A stretch of 64,000 bases of DNA from the NCBI GenBank assembly GCA_965215015.1, contig OZ244042.1, forward strand, positions 10,768-74,767, given 5' to 3'. The position numbers and the translations under genes are program-made. The number at the start of each line of letters is the position of its first letter. The stretch's first letter is position 1. Origin of the DNA: Candidatus Poribacteria bacterium. GTDB lineage: Bacteria; Poribacteria; WGA-4E; PCPOR2b. Under the pieces are notes generated by a model. The model saw only the letters and a program-made list of their open reading frames with translations. It had not been told where the DNA came from and ran no database searches. Positions 28,985 through 38,173 of this stretch are shown one piece after another.

Positions 28985-30007
28985 TTGGAGCAAAACATGA
29001 CACGTATTGGCGTTATCGGCACAGGAGGAATGGGTAGTGGCCATTGCAATTCGCTGCCCCACGTTGAAAATTGTGAATTTGTCGGCGTTGCGGACCTCCG
29101 GTTAGAGGCGGCACAAGCAGTCGCAGAACAGCATCAAATCCGTGCATTCCAAGATTACCGTGAACTGCTAGAGATTGTGGAGGGTGTTGTGGTTGCAACG
29201 CCACCTGTAGCACATCGGGAGGTTGTCGTTGCAGCGGCGGAGGCCGGTGTTCACGCTTTTTGCGAAAAACCCCTGTCTCTCACCCTCAGCGATGCAGACG
29301 CTATGATTGCAGCTGCAGACAAAGCAGGGACGCATCTGATGGTTGGTCAAGTGCTCCGATTCTACCCTGTGCATATCCTCGGCAAGCGTTTGATCGATGA
29401 CGGTGGGATTGGGGATGTGACCTATATTGAAACGGATTATAGCGGGCCCTATCGGGGGCCGCGAGAACGTCCATCAACTTGGTACGGGAGTGTCGGTGGA
29501 CTTCTGGAAAACGGCATCCACAAATCCGATCTCATTAACTGGTATGGTGGAACCGCTCTAACGGTCGCGGCAGAAGTGGGCAGCTTTTCTGGGCACGAAG
29601 ATTGGGAGGATTACACCGTGTCGCTCATTCGGTATGATACGAAAGTTGCTTTGAATCCCAATCGAATCGGGGCAGTGGGTATATTGCGATGGGGTGGGTT
29701 CATGGGGGCACGCGGCACAAACGAGACCATCATTGATGGATCGAAAGGCTCGCTACGGCTCGATATGGGAGCCGACATGGCGTACCTCAAAAAGATTGGC
29801 GAATCGGAATGGAAGGCACTCACTCCCGATCGCACGGCACCTCACGGCGTCGTCGGTGAACTGACCCATTTTGTGGAATGTATCCGTGAAGATAAAACAC
29901 CCCTGATTGATGGCAGAGGCGGGCGTCATGCTGTTGAAATTGTCTTAGCAACTTACCGTTCAGCAAAGGAAAAGATTAAAGTTATCTTGCCGATGCAGGA
30001 TCTATAG
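28985..30007 (+). CDS. Gfo/Idh/MocA family oxidoreductase
   Basis: MTRIGVIGTGGMGSGH... NAD-binding N-terminus; probable start at the ATG at 28997. Confidence 0.85.
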   Translation: MEQNMTRIGVIGTGGMGSGHCNSLPHVENCEFVGVADLRLEAAQAVAEQHQIRAFQDYRELLEIVEGVVVATPPVAHREVVVAAAEAGVHAFCEKPLSLTLSDADAMIAAADKAGTHLMVGQVLRFYPVHILGKRLIDDGGIGDVTYIETDYSGPYRGPRERPSTWYGSVGGLLENGIHKSDLINWYGGTALTVAAEVGSFSGHEDWEDYTVSLIRYDTKVALNPNRIGAVGILRWGGFMGARGTNETIIDGSKGSLRLDMGADMAYLKKIGESEWKALTPDRTAPHGVVGELTHFVECIREDKTPLIDGRGGRHAVEIVLATYRSAKEKIKVILPMQDL

Positions 30008-30392
30008 AGAAAATAAGGGGCGGGAGCACATCAATCATTCCAGAATCGGACGATTTTCCTAACTGCTTGATATTGCCGTTCTCGCTCATCTTTTATCTTA
30101 GCTTGCAGTTACCGTTTTTCAGCATCGGTGAACTTCCTCATTGGCAATCATCCCCTTGGGTGCTTTGTCCGAGCAGGCGTACTCGACTAACTACAACGGC
30201 TAACGACTTTTTGACTGTTTCCCCACTGTTTTGAACGGGCAAATCCGTTTTTGGAGGCTTTGGTTCTTACAAGTTGGCGTAGTATCGTCTTCTATCTTTC
30301 ACTAGCGTATAAGATTGTTAGAAGAATTATATGATAAAAATATCTATTAAGACTACACCCCCATTTTTTTATAAAAACTTAATTTGATACAA

Positions 30393-30450
30393 TTAGGAGT
30401 TACGCCCTTGAGTGTGTAGTAATGCCATTCAACCCGCGTCAAGAGGATAA
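30393..30450 (+). repeat. Module X intergenic repeat, copy 2 (diverged)
   Basis: ttaggagttacgcccttgagtgtgtagtaatgccattcaacccgcgtc; followed by hairpin ggtatacgccgtatgcc and G-rich palindromes. Confidence 0.65.
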
Positions 30451-30480
30451 ATTGATCGACAGTAGTCGGTATACGCCGTA

Positions 30481-30592
30481 TGCCGTACCCCCCTTCCCCT
30501 GCAAGCAGGGGATGGGGCGTAAGTGAGGAGAAATAGACTCAATGAGTCTGTCTCCCCCTGCTTGCGGGGGGACTAAGGGGGGTCTTAGGGGA
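30481..30592. repeat. G/C-rich hairpin repeats (variant copies)
   Basis: ccccccttcccctgcaagcaggggatgggg and tctccccctgcttgcggggggactaaggggggtc, flanking the palindrome gactcaatgagtc. Confidence 0.7.
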
Positions 30593-30647
30593 TAAATCGC
30601 TGAACTACAAGGCTTCGGGTCAACTGCGTAAGGCCTAACAATTTTGA

Positions 30648-32126
30648 ATGAGGTTCAACATGCCTACGAACAGCGAACAAAACCTGCGTCCGAATATCCT
30701 CTGGATCTGTACCGACCAGCAGCGTTACGATACAATCGGTGCGCTAGGCAACCATTATGTCTCAACCCCGAACATCGATCAGCTGGTCGAAAAGGGGGTC
30801 GCTTTTACCCACGCCTACTGCCAGAGCCCAATCTGCACGCCTAGCCGGGGCAGTTTCCTCACAGGTATGTATCCGAGTGCGGTGCATGTCAACGGAAACG
30901 GCAACGAATACTTCCCGGACAATCCACCCCTTGTAACGCGCCTGCTCGCAGACGCTGGGTACGACTGTGGATTGATTGGCAAGCTACACCTCGCTAGCGC
31001 TTATGGTCGTATTGAACCCCGCGTGAACGACGGATACCGATATTGGCAGTATAGCCATGCACCCCGCGATGATTGGGAAACGGGACACGACTACGCAGAC
31101 TGGGTGCGATCCAAAGGGCATACTCTGAGGGAATTGACCAAAAGCATTAACGGTGTTCCGGCTGAACTCCATCAAACCACTTGGTGTGCGGAAAAGACGA
31201 TCGAATTTATCCGACAAGAACGGGACGCGCCGTGGTTGGCAAGTGTGAATATTTACGACCCTCACCCACCCTTCAATCCGCCCAAAACTTACAGGGATAT
31301 ATTCAATCCGGCGGATATGCCGGGCCCCCTTTTCCGAGAGAGCGATTTGGAACAGCAGCGGAAGCTCGAAGCAGTTGATTTCCAGTCAAAGGGGCACCCT
31401 CCAGAGGAATTGGATATCCGCAGCCCAATCGTGCCCCAGCCTCCGGGGACAGCGGAGCCGGCTTCAGCGGGAGGACGCGATGCCAAGACCTTGCAAGCAG
31501 CATATTACGCTATGATTAAGCTAATCGACGATGCGCTGGGGTGTATCTTGGAGACACTGGAGGAAACTGGGCAGCGTGAACGGACAGTGATTATCTTCAC
31601 CAGTGATCACGGAGAAATGCTCGGTGATCATGGATTGATTCAGAAGGGCTGTCGGTTTTACGAAGGATTGGTCCGTGTGCCGCTCATCTTTTCTTGCCCC
31701 GGATACTTTGAAAGGGGGGTGAGAAGTGATGCGTTGGTAGGGCTGCTCGATAAGGCACCAACCTTGTTGGATTTGGCTGGTTTGGAAATCCCTGATCGTA
31801 TACAAGGCATGTCGCTGCTGCCAATCCTCAAGGGGGAGGTCTCTCCCTCTCATCACCGGGATTTTGTCCGCTGCGAATTCTATGATGCCTTAGATCAGCC
31901 GGACAGTACCTTTGCCACGATGTACCGGGATAGGCGATATAAGCTGGCGATTTACCACGGGCACCAGCACGGAGAACTCTACGACCTTGAAACGGATCCG
32001 GGGGAATTTGAAAATCTGTGGGATGTGTCGAGCGTACAAAACCTCAAGTTGGAGCTGATGAAACGAAGCTATGATGCTTCAATGATGGCGATGGACCGGG
32101 GGCCTCGACGAATTGGTCCCATGTGA
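30648..32126 (+). CDS. Sulfatase (formylglycine-dependent arylsulfatase family)
   Basis: ILWICTDQQRYDT...CQSPICTPSRGSFLTGMYP (C-x-P-x-R FGly motif). Confidence 0.9.
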   Translation: MRFNMPTNSEQNLRPNILWICTDQQRYDTIGALGNHYVSTPNIDQLVEKGVAFTHAYCQSPICTPSRGSFLTGMYPSAVHVNGNGNEYFPDNPPLVTRLLADAGYDCGLIGKLHLASAYGRIEPRVNDGYRYWQYSHAPRDDWETGHDYADWVRSKGHTLRELTKSINGVPAELHQTTWCAEKTIEFIRQERDAPWLASVNIYDPHPPFNPPKTYRDIFNPADMPGPLFRESDLEQQRKLEAVDFQSKGHPPEELDIRSPIVPQPPGTAEPASAGGRDAKTLQAAYYAMIKLIDDALGCILETLEETGQRERTVIIFTSDHGEMLGDHGLIQKGCRFYEGLVRVPLIFSCPGYFERGVRSDALVGLLDKAPTLLDLAGLEIPDRIQGMSLLPILKGEVSPSHHRDFVRCEFYDALDQPDSTFATMYRDRRYKLAIYHGHQHGELYDLETDPGEFENLWDVSSVQNLKLELMKRSYDASMMAMDRGPRRIGPM

Positions 32127-32201
32127 TAAAATGGTTAAATTGAAAACGCACCGCTCACATTTCACTTACACCATTGCAACGAAGAAAAAGGGGCACAACT
32201 A

Positions 32202-33638
32202 ATGTCTGATTCCAATAATCGTCAGCCTAATATAGTCTTTATTTTAACCGATGATCAGGGACCTTGGGCGGCGGGCTGCTGTGGCAACGATGAAGTTCGC
32301 ACACCAAACATAGATCGACTTGCGGAGACGGGTGTTCTCTTCGATAACTTTTTCTGTACCTCTCCCGTCTGTTCTCCAGCTCGGGCTAGTCTGATGACCG
32401 GACGGATTCCATCAGCGCATGGTGTACACGACTGGATTCGGGATGGGAATATGCCGCCGAATTCCGCGAGGTATCTTGAAGGTCTGACGTGCTACACCGA
32501 TGTGCTCGGTGAAAACGGCTACACCGTCGGTCTCAGTGGGAAGTGGCACCTCGGCGATAGTATGACCCCACAGCACGGCTTCAGTCACTGGTTTGCGATG
32601 CCACTGGGTGGTAGTAAGTATAATGACGCAGAGATGATTCGGGACGGAGCTGTGGCAGTGCAGCCCGGCTACGTTACCGATATCATCACGAACGACGCCT
32701 TGCAGTTTATTGAGGCAAACAAAAATCAACCTTTTTACCTCAGTGTTCACTACAACGCACCCCACACGCCGTTCGACGGGCACCCACAGGATATTGTGGA
32801 TTCTTACGATGATTGTCCATTCAAAACGTGTCCCCAAGAAGCGGCACACCCGTGGGCTGTCCCCGGTGCTCGGATACATTTAGGAAACAGGGAATCGTTG
32901 AAGGGCTACTTTGCGGCGATTACAGCAATGGACTTGAACGTCGGTCACATTCTAGAGAAGCTTGAGGGGCTTGGCCTGCGAGAAGACACACTAATCATCT
33001 TCAGCAGCGACAACGGCTATTCCTGTGGACATCACGGGTTCTGGCACAAAGGAAATGGCACCTTCCCGCTGAATATGTATGAGAACTCCGTCAAGGTGCC
33101 CTTTATTATGAGCCACCCCGGAGAGCTTCCACAGGGGCGCGTTACCACAGCGATGGCAAGTCAATACGATTTCATGCCGACCCTGCTTGACTACCTCGGC
33201 TTGGAGATGCCAGCAGATCCATTGCGCCCCGGGCGGAGTTTCCGAGCAGCTTTGCTCGGTGAAACGGACGACGCACAGGATGAGGTCGTCATTTTTGACG
33301 AATACGGTCCCGTCCGAATGATTCGGACGCAGGAGTGGAAATATGTGCACCGCTACCCTTATGGGCCCCATGAACTCTATGATCTGGTGAACGATCCAGA
33401 CGAGCGGAAAAACCTCGTGGACGAGAAATCGAAGGGCGCACTGGTGAAGGAGATGCGTCAACAACTCGCCTCCTGGTTCAGCCGATATGTTTTGCCGGAG
33501 CTTGACGGGACACGATTCCAAGTTACAGGTCTGGGTCATGCTGCCAAGATTGAGCCGGGGGCCTGTGGTGAAGGTGCTTTCCATCCGCTGCCAGAGGACT
33601 GGCACGAAGTCCGACAACGGCTATTCCAGCATAGGTAG
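32202..33638 (+). CDS. Sulfatase (formylglycine-dependent)
   Basis: NIVFILTDDQG...CTSPVCSPARASLMTGRIP (C-x-P-x-R). Confidence 0.9.
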   Translation: MSDSNNRQPNIVFILTDDQGPWAAGCCGNDEVRTPNIDRLAETGVLFDNFFCTSPVCSPARASLMTGRIPSAHGVHDWIRDGNMPPNSARYLEGLTCYTDVLGENGYTVGLSGKWHLGDSMTPQHGFSHWFAMPLGGSKYNDAEMIRDGAVAVQPGYVTDIITNDALQFIEANKNQPFYLSVHYNAPHTPFDGHPQDIVDSYDDCPFKTCPQEAAHPWAVPGARIHLGNRESLKGYFAAITAMDLNVGHILEKLEGLGLREDTLIIFSSDNGYSCGHHGFWHKGNGTFPLNMYENSVKVPFIMSHPGELPQGRVTTAMASQYDFMPTLLDYLGLEMPADPLRPGRSFRAALLGETDDAQDEVVIFDEYGPVRMIRTQEWKYVHRYPYGPHELYDLVNDPDERKNLVDEKSKGALVKEMRQQLASWFSRYVLPELDGTRFQVTGLGHAAKIEPGACGEGAFHPLPEDWHEVRQRLFQHR

Positions 33639-33744
33639 GCACCGGTTAGGCAAGCGAGAATAAGTCACCCCTGCAATTGGATTAAACAGGTACTCGCTCA
33701 AAGCATCCAATAGAAGGTTTTATTTGGGTCAATTGGAGAAAATC

Positions 33745-33846
33745 TGACGAAAGAAATGAAACAGGAACCTTTCCTGGCGAATCGGAGAACGGGAAGCCGG
33801 TTCGATCGCTTTCTCGTTTTCTAACTCTCCCGTTTTCTTTTTTTTG
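33745..33846 (+). repeat. Partial module Z copy (3' half with terminator-like T-runs)
   Basis: aaatgaaacaggaacctttcctggcgaatcggagaacgggaagccggttcgatcgctttctcgttttct...cccgttttctttttttt aligns to the 3' part of Z. Confidence 0.5.
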
Positions 33847-33966
33847 CGTTCCCCTTCCCCCTGCTTGCGGGGGGATTGAGGGGGGTCCCTTCCCTCCCCC
33901 TGCTTGCGGGAGGACTGAGGGGGGTGCCTTCCCTCCCCCTGCTCGCGGGGGGACTGAGGGGGGTGT
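33847..33966 (+). repeat. Three tandem copies of a ~39-bp G/C-rich hairpin repeat
   Basis: ccttccctccccctgcttgcggggggactgaggggggtg x3, with the first and third copies slightly variant. Confidence 0.85.
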
Positions 33967-34104
33967 CCCCGCGTTTTATTAAAAGCCAGTAACTACTTAT
34001 TGCCACAAAAAATACTGCGTAACGAGTAATGCGTCAGAAGATCGTTACTATTACTTACGCATCACGGATTATGCATCCACTACGACTGCATCTGGAGTGC
34101 GTAA

Positions 34105-35478
34105 GTGCTTTCAAAACAGATTTCACAGGAGATTACAATGGAAAACAGAGTAACCGAAGATGTCACGGCTTCACTAGAGGAGAGCTATCGAGCGCGCACC
34201 CCACGGTCTCGGGAACTCTTTAAGCAGGCGCGAAAGACGATGCCCGGTGGGGCGAAAGGTGCCTATTTTCATCAACCGTATCCTCTCACAATGGCGCGCG
34301 GCGAGGGATGTTATCTGTACGATGTCGAAGGGCAGCGATATGTGGATTTCGCCAACCATCACACAGCACAGATACTGGGACACAATCACCCCGCAGTCAT
34401 AGATGCTATTGAGAAACAGATGGCGAAGGGCATTGCGTTGGGTGCACCGGTCGGCGTTGAGGCAGAGTTGTGCGAGGAGATGTGCCACCGGGTGGCATCC
34501 CTGGACCGGATTCGATTCTGTAACTCCGGCACCGAAGCGACACTGCACGCTATACGGCTAGCGCGCGGCGTCAGTGGACGGGCTAAGATCGCTAAGTTTG
34601 AGGGCGGCTACCACGGCAGTCACGATGTCGTCGAAATCAGTTCCGCCCCGTCTTTGGACAAAGTGGGCCCCGAAACAGCTCCCAACTCCGTTCCTTCAAC
34701 AGGCGGGCTATCTCCACACGCGGCAGAAGAGGTAATTGTTCTCCCCTACAACGATGAGGCTTCGGTGGAACGCCTCGTCACGCAGCACCGTGATGAGTTA
34801 GCGTGCATTATTTTCGATACCAAAGCGGGCATCGTGCCGCAACGTAGAGAATTCGTGCAATTTGTCGGGGAGATAGCACACAAAAACGACCTGCTGTTTA
34901 TTTTGGATGAAATTGTCGGTTTCCGAGTAGGGACAGGCGGATTGCAGGAATACTACGGCATTACGCCCGACTTGACCGCCTATGGCAAGATTGTTGGCGG
35001 CGGTTTTCCTGTCGGCGCGTTTGGTGGACGATCGGATATTATGGATTTGCTAGATGGTACGCGCGGCAGCTCCGGTTTCTTCCAGAGCGGCACATTCAGC
35101 GCACATCCCATCACAATGGTAGCTGGTTTGGCAACCTTGAGACAACTCACACCTGAAGCTTTCGCCCACCTGAACGGATTAGCCGCCCGGCTGCGTGTCG
35201 GCCTGAATGAACTGTTCGCCCGTGAAAATATCGCAGCGAAAGCGGTGAATACTGGCTCAGTGTTTAGCATTCACTTTACCAGCGAAGACCTCGTCAACTA
35301 TCGCAGCCTCGCTCGCACCGATAAGGCAATGGCACATCGCGTCTTCCTCGCGCTGTTAACAGAAGGCTATTTCTTGAGTCATGGGTTGTCTATGAACGCA
35401 ATCTCACTGCCGACTGAAACCAGCCATGTGGACGAATTGATAGAGACGGTAGGACGCGTTATCAAACAATCGCAGTGA
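34105..35478 (+). CDS. Class-III aminotransferase (glutamate-1-semialdehyde aminomutase-like)
   Basis: GGAKGAYFH...GEGCYLYDVEGQRYVDF...FCNSGTEATLHAIRLARG...KFEGGYHG; probable start ATG at 34138. Confidence 0.8.
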   Translation: MLSKQISQEITMENRVTEDVTASLEESYRARTPRSRELFKQARKTMPGGAKGAYFHQPYPLTMARGEGCYLYDVEGQRYVDFANHHTAQILGHNHPAVIDAIEKQMAKGIALGAPVGVEAELCEEMCHRVASLDRIRFCNSGTEATLHAIRLARGVSGRAKIAKFEGGYHGSHDVVEISSAPSLDKVGPETAPNSVPSTGGLSPHAAEEVIVLPYNDEASVERLVTQHRDELACIIFDTKAGIVPQRREFVQFVGEIAHKNDLLFILDEIVGFRVGTGGLQEYYGITPDLTAYGKIVGGGFPVGAFGGRSDIMDLLDGTRGSSGFFQSGTFSAHPITMVAGLATLRQLTPEAFAHLNGLAARLRVGLNELFARENIAAKAVNTGSVFSIHFTSEDLVNYRSLARTDKAMAHRVFLALLTEGYFLSHGLSMNAISLPTETSHVDELIETVGRVIKQSQ

Positions 35479-35506
35479 GCAACAGTGAGCAACAGGAGGA
35501 ATAGTT

Positions 35507-36694
35507 ATGCACAGTGCTGATACCCATGCCTACGATCTCCTTGTCCGCGCCGGGCGCGTTGTATGTCCGGCAACTGGACTGGATGGGCCAGGCATAGTCG
35601 CGGTTCGTGGAGATCGAATCGTCGCTGTCGGTGATCAGATTGATGGGGCCGCGCGGGAGACACTAAATTTCCCGGATGCCATGCTGCTGCCGGGATTGGT
35701 GGACATGCACGCCCACCCCGCCCGTGAAGGCTCAAAGTATGGTGTTGACCCCGATGTTCACTTCCTCCCCCGTGGAGCGACGACCGTGCTTTCCCAAGGG
35801 GATGCAGGTGCCGGCAATTGGCCCCGATACCGTGAATCGATCATCGAAGGCGCGCAGACACGCGTCCGGTTGGCTATCAATCTCTCCGTTACGGGGGAAT
35901 CGAACCCGGCGAGCGGCTGTTTCGAGAATTTGGACGATGTGGATGTAGATGCCTGTGTGGCAGCGATTGAAGATGGAGGGGAGGCAATCTGGGGTATTGC
36001 CGCCAACATAGCCAAATCCTGTGCCGGTGATAATGACCCTCGCGAGATTCTGAACCGGGCGTTGGCAGCCGGCAATCAAACAGATCGCCCACTACTCTTG
36101 GGCACGCGGCGGGATGCGGATTTTCCTTTGGACGAGCAATTAGCACTGTTACGCCCCGGAGATGTAATCACTTACTGTTTTCAGAGCGATCTGGATTGTC
36201 TCGTGATGGACGGCCGTATCAAGGATGAGGCGTGGGCAGCTCGTGAGAAAGGGATACTGTTCGATATCGGGCACGGCATGAATTCATTCCACTTTGACGT
36301 GGCAGAGATAGCAATCGCGAACGGATTCCTACCAGACACCATCTCGACAGACCAATATATCCGACATGTGAATAGCAACCCGCAACATGATTTACCCCGT
36401 ACCCTTTCTAAGTTAATCGCTGCCGGCATGTCTGAAGCGGACGCGTTGGCACGGGTGACGGTGTGTCCCGCAGAATTTCTCGGGCTGTCCGGGGAGGTTG
36501 GGACGTTGTCGCCCGGTGCTTGTGCAGACCTCGCCGTGTTGCGTTTCAATCAAGATGCGCTACCGCTGCAAGATGTCAAGGGACTGGAGCGGCCTGGAGG
36601 CTGTTGGGAACCGATTTTCACTGTGCGGGCGGGGGAGATTGTCCGCACCAAGACGACTGCCGCGACCGCTTCTACCACTCTTGGTAGATCTTAG
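35507..36694 (+). CDS. Amidohydrolase-family metallo-hydrolase
   Basis: N-terminal beta-sandwich, then PGLVDMHAHP metal-binding motif; gene visibly GC-richer than the window average. Confidence 0.75.
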   Translation: MHSADTHAYDLLVRAGRVVCPATGLDGPGIVAVRGDRIVAVGDQIDGAARETLNFPDAMLLPGLVDMHAHPAREGSKYGVDPDVHFLPRGATTVLSQGDAGAGNWPRYRESIIEGAQTRVRLAINLSVTGESNPASGCFENLDDVDVDACVAAIEDGGEAIWGIAANIAKSCAGDNDPREILNRALAAGNQTDRPLLLGTRRDADFPLDEQLALLRPGDVITYCFQSDLDCLVMDGRIKDEAWAAREKGILFDIGHGMNSFHFDVAEIAIANGFLPDTISTDQYIRHVNSNPQHDLPRTLSKLIAAGMSEADALARVTVCPAEFLGLSGEVGTLSPGACADLAVLRFNQDALPLQDVKGLERPGGCWEPIFTVRAGEIVRTKTTAATASTTLGRS

Positions 36695-37318
36695 ATGCTC
36701 ACGTAGCGGGGAATTGCCCACGACATTCTTGGCGACCGAACCGGATTACGAACCCATACGCGTGGGACGAGTCTCGTGAATCCGGTAACGAAAATGGAAA
36801 CCGACGCACAACTTGAAGTGTGAGCGCATAATCGGGGCTCCGCAGATGTTACAGCGTTGGGTAAATATTATCGCCGCATCGTGCACAACGATGGCGAAAT
36901 CATCGTTGAAACTTGCTGCCATCTTCAAAGCACCGAAACAGCGTTTCACGTCACGATTGAGCTGTATATCACCGTCAACGGCTTACCGCACCATCAACGG
37001 CGGTGGGTACGGACGTTTCCCCGCGCCTTGCTGTGAAATTCCATTAAGGTTGCCGCAGATTTGTGGATATAGTAAAATAGAGACCCAAACGGCAAACAGT
37101 ATCTTAGATAGACAGCCGAGGATATAGGATGAAGGTCACTGCCTTCATGCAATCGTCGTCATTGCATATAATGACGAGTTTGTTTACGTTAAAGATTTGA
37201 AGTTTACGAACGCGCCCCAAAAAGTCATATAGCAAGATTTTTCTGCTGCATGGGATGCGGTAGGATATTTCAGAGCAATTCTCGCAAAATAGCTATAAAC
37301 TGAAAGGAGCTACTAATT

Positions 37319-38173
37319 ATGGACCTTACACGACAGCCACCACGGCGTCCATCAAACCTGAGCCTCGCCGGCATTGTCGGCGCAGCACGAATGACCGACA
37401 AAGCCAGAGCGCATAACAACGGAACGACCGGCGATTACCTCTACGGAGAGGATTCCGGTCTAGACCAGAAAGTTCTCGAACTACTGGGAATTGCAGCCGA
37501 TGACTTTGCCAAAGCTGCTGATGAACACGATGATGAAACCTTGCAGGCGTGGGTGTTCAAAAACTCGAGCGTTACGGAGACAGAGATTGATGCGTTTAAT
37601 CAGCGGGAATTGAGCCTTGAGCCGCCGAACGAGGAGTATAAGCAACGCTTGAGAGATCGGCTTGCCAAGTACGCCCCCGGTAGGACAGATATCACAACAG
37701 TACTTCAATCGGTAGAACTAGATGATTGGGGTGGTTTCTGGCAGGTTGACTTGACGGTCGGCCCCCCGCGTAGTCCCCATTCTAAGGAGGTCGTAGGCTG
37801 CCATGGTGTCGCACGGATGGCAGATAAAGCGCGCGCAGCACGCGCCGGAAAAATCGGAGAATATCGGTATGGCGAGGATTCCGGACAGGATAGACGTATC
37901 TTGGAGTTTCTCGGTATCTCTGAGGAAGATTTCCAAGATGCCGCGGTCAACAACCCCAACGACATTGAGATTGGTACATGGGTGCTTGAAAACAGCGGTA
38001 AAGGGGCAGATGAAATCGCAGCCTTCAATGAACGTATGGCAAATTGGGGGCCTGAGGATGAGTCGTCAAGAGCCTATTTTGAAAAGCGGCGTCAAGAGGT
38101 AGATCCAAGCCGTACAGACATTAAGACTTGGGCAGACCTTCAAGACATTGACGACAAACTCAGTTTCGAGTAG
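37319..38173 (+). CDS. Hypothetical protein with tandem internal duplication of a ~110-aa domain
   Basis: GIVGAARMTDKARAHNNGTTGDYLYGEDSGLDQKVLELLGIAADDF is repeated as GCHGVARMADKARAARAGKIGEYRYGEDSGQDRRILEFLGISEEDF, each followed by ...WV..NS....EIDAFN.R. Confidence 0.65.
   Translation: MDLTRQPPRRPSNLSLAGIVGAARMTDKARAHNNGTTGDYLYGEDSGLDQKVLELLGIAADDFAKAADEHDDETLQAWVFKNSSVTETEIDAFNQRELSLEPPNEEYKQRLRDRLAKYAPGRTDITTVLQSVELDDWGGFWQVDLTVGPPRSPHSKEVVGCHGVARMADKARAARAGKIGEYRYGEDSGQDRRILEFLGISEEDFQDAAVNNPNDIEIGTWVLENSGKGADEIAAFNERMANWGPEDESSRAYFEKRRQEVDPSRTDIKTWADLQDIDDKLSFE

Noticed and set aside
33847-33966. G/C-rich direct repeats here and at 48496-48990 as a CRISPR array
   Set aside because: The repeats are tandem or irregular without unique spacers of constant length, and no cas genes are present. 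They fit REP/BIME-like hairpin repeats.
36746-37127. Two overlapping small ORFs (67 aa minus, 104 aa plus) in the spacer after the amidohydrolase
   Set aside because: No RBS, mutually overlapping, no motifs. The region is more plausibly regulatory; it contains the palindromes tgaaggtcactgccttca and tcgtcattgcatataatgacga.
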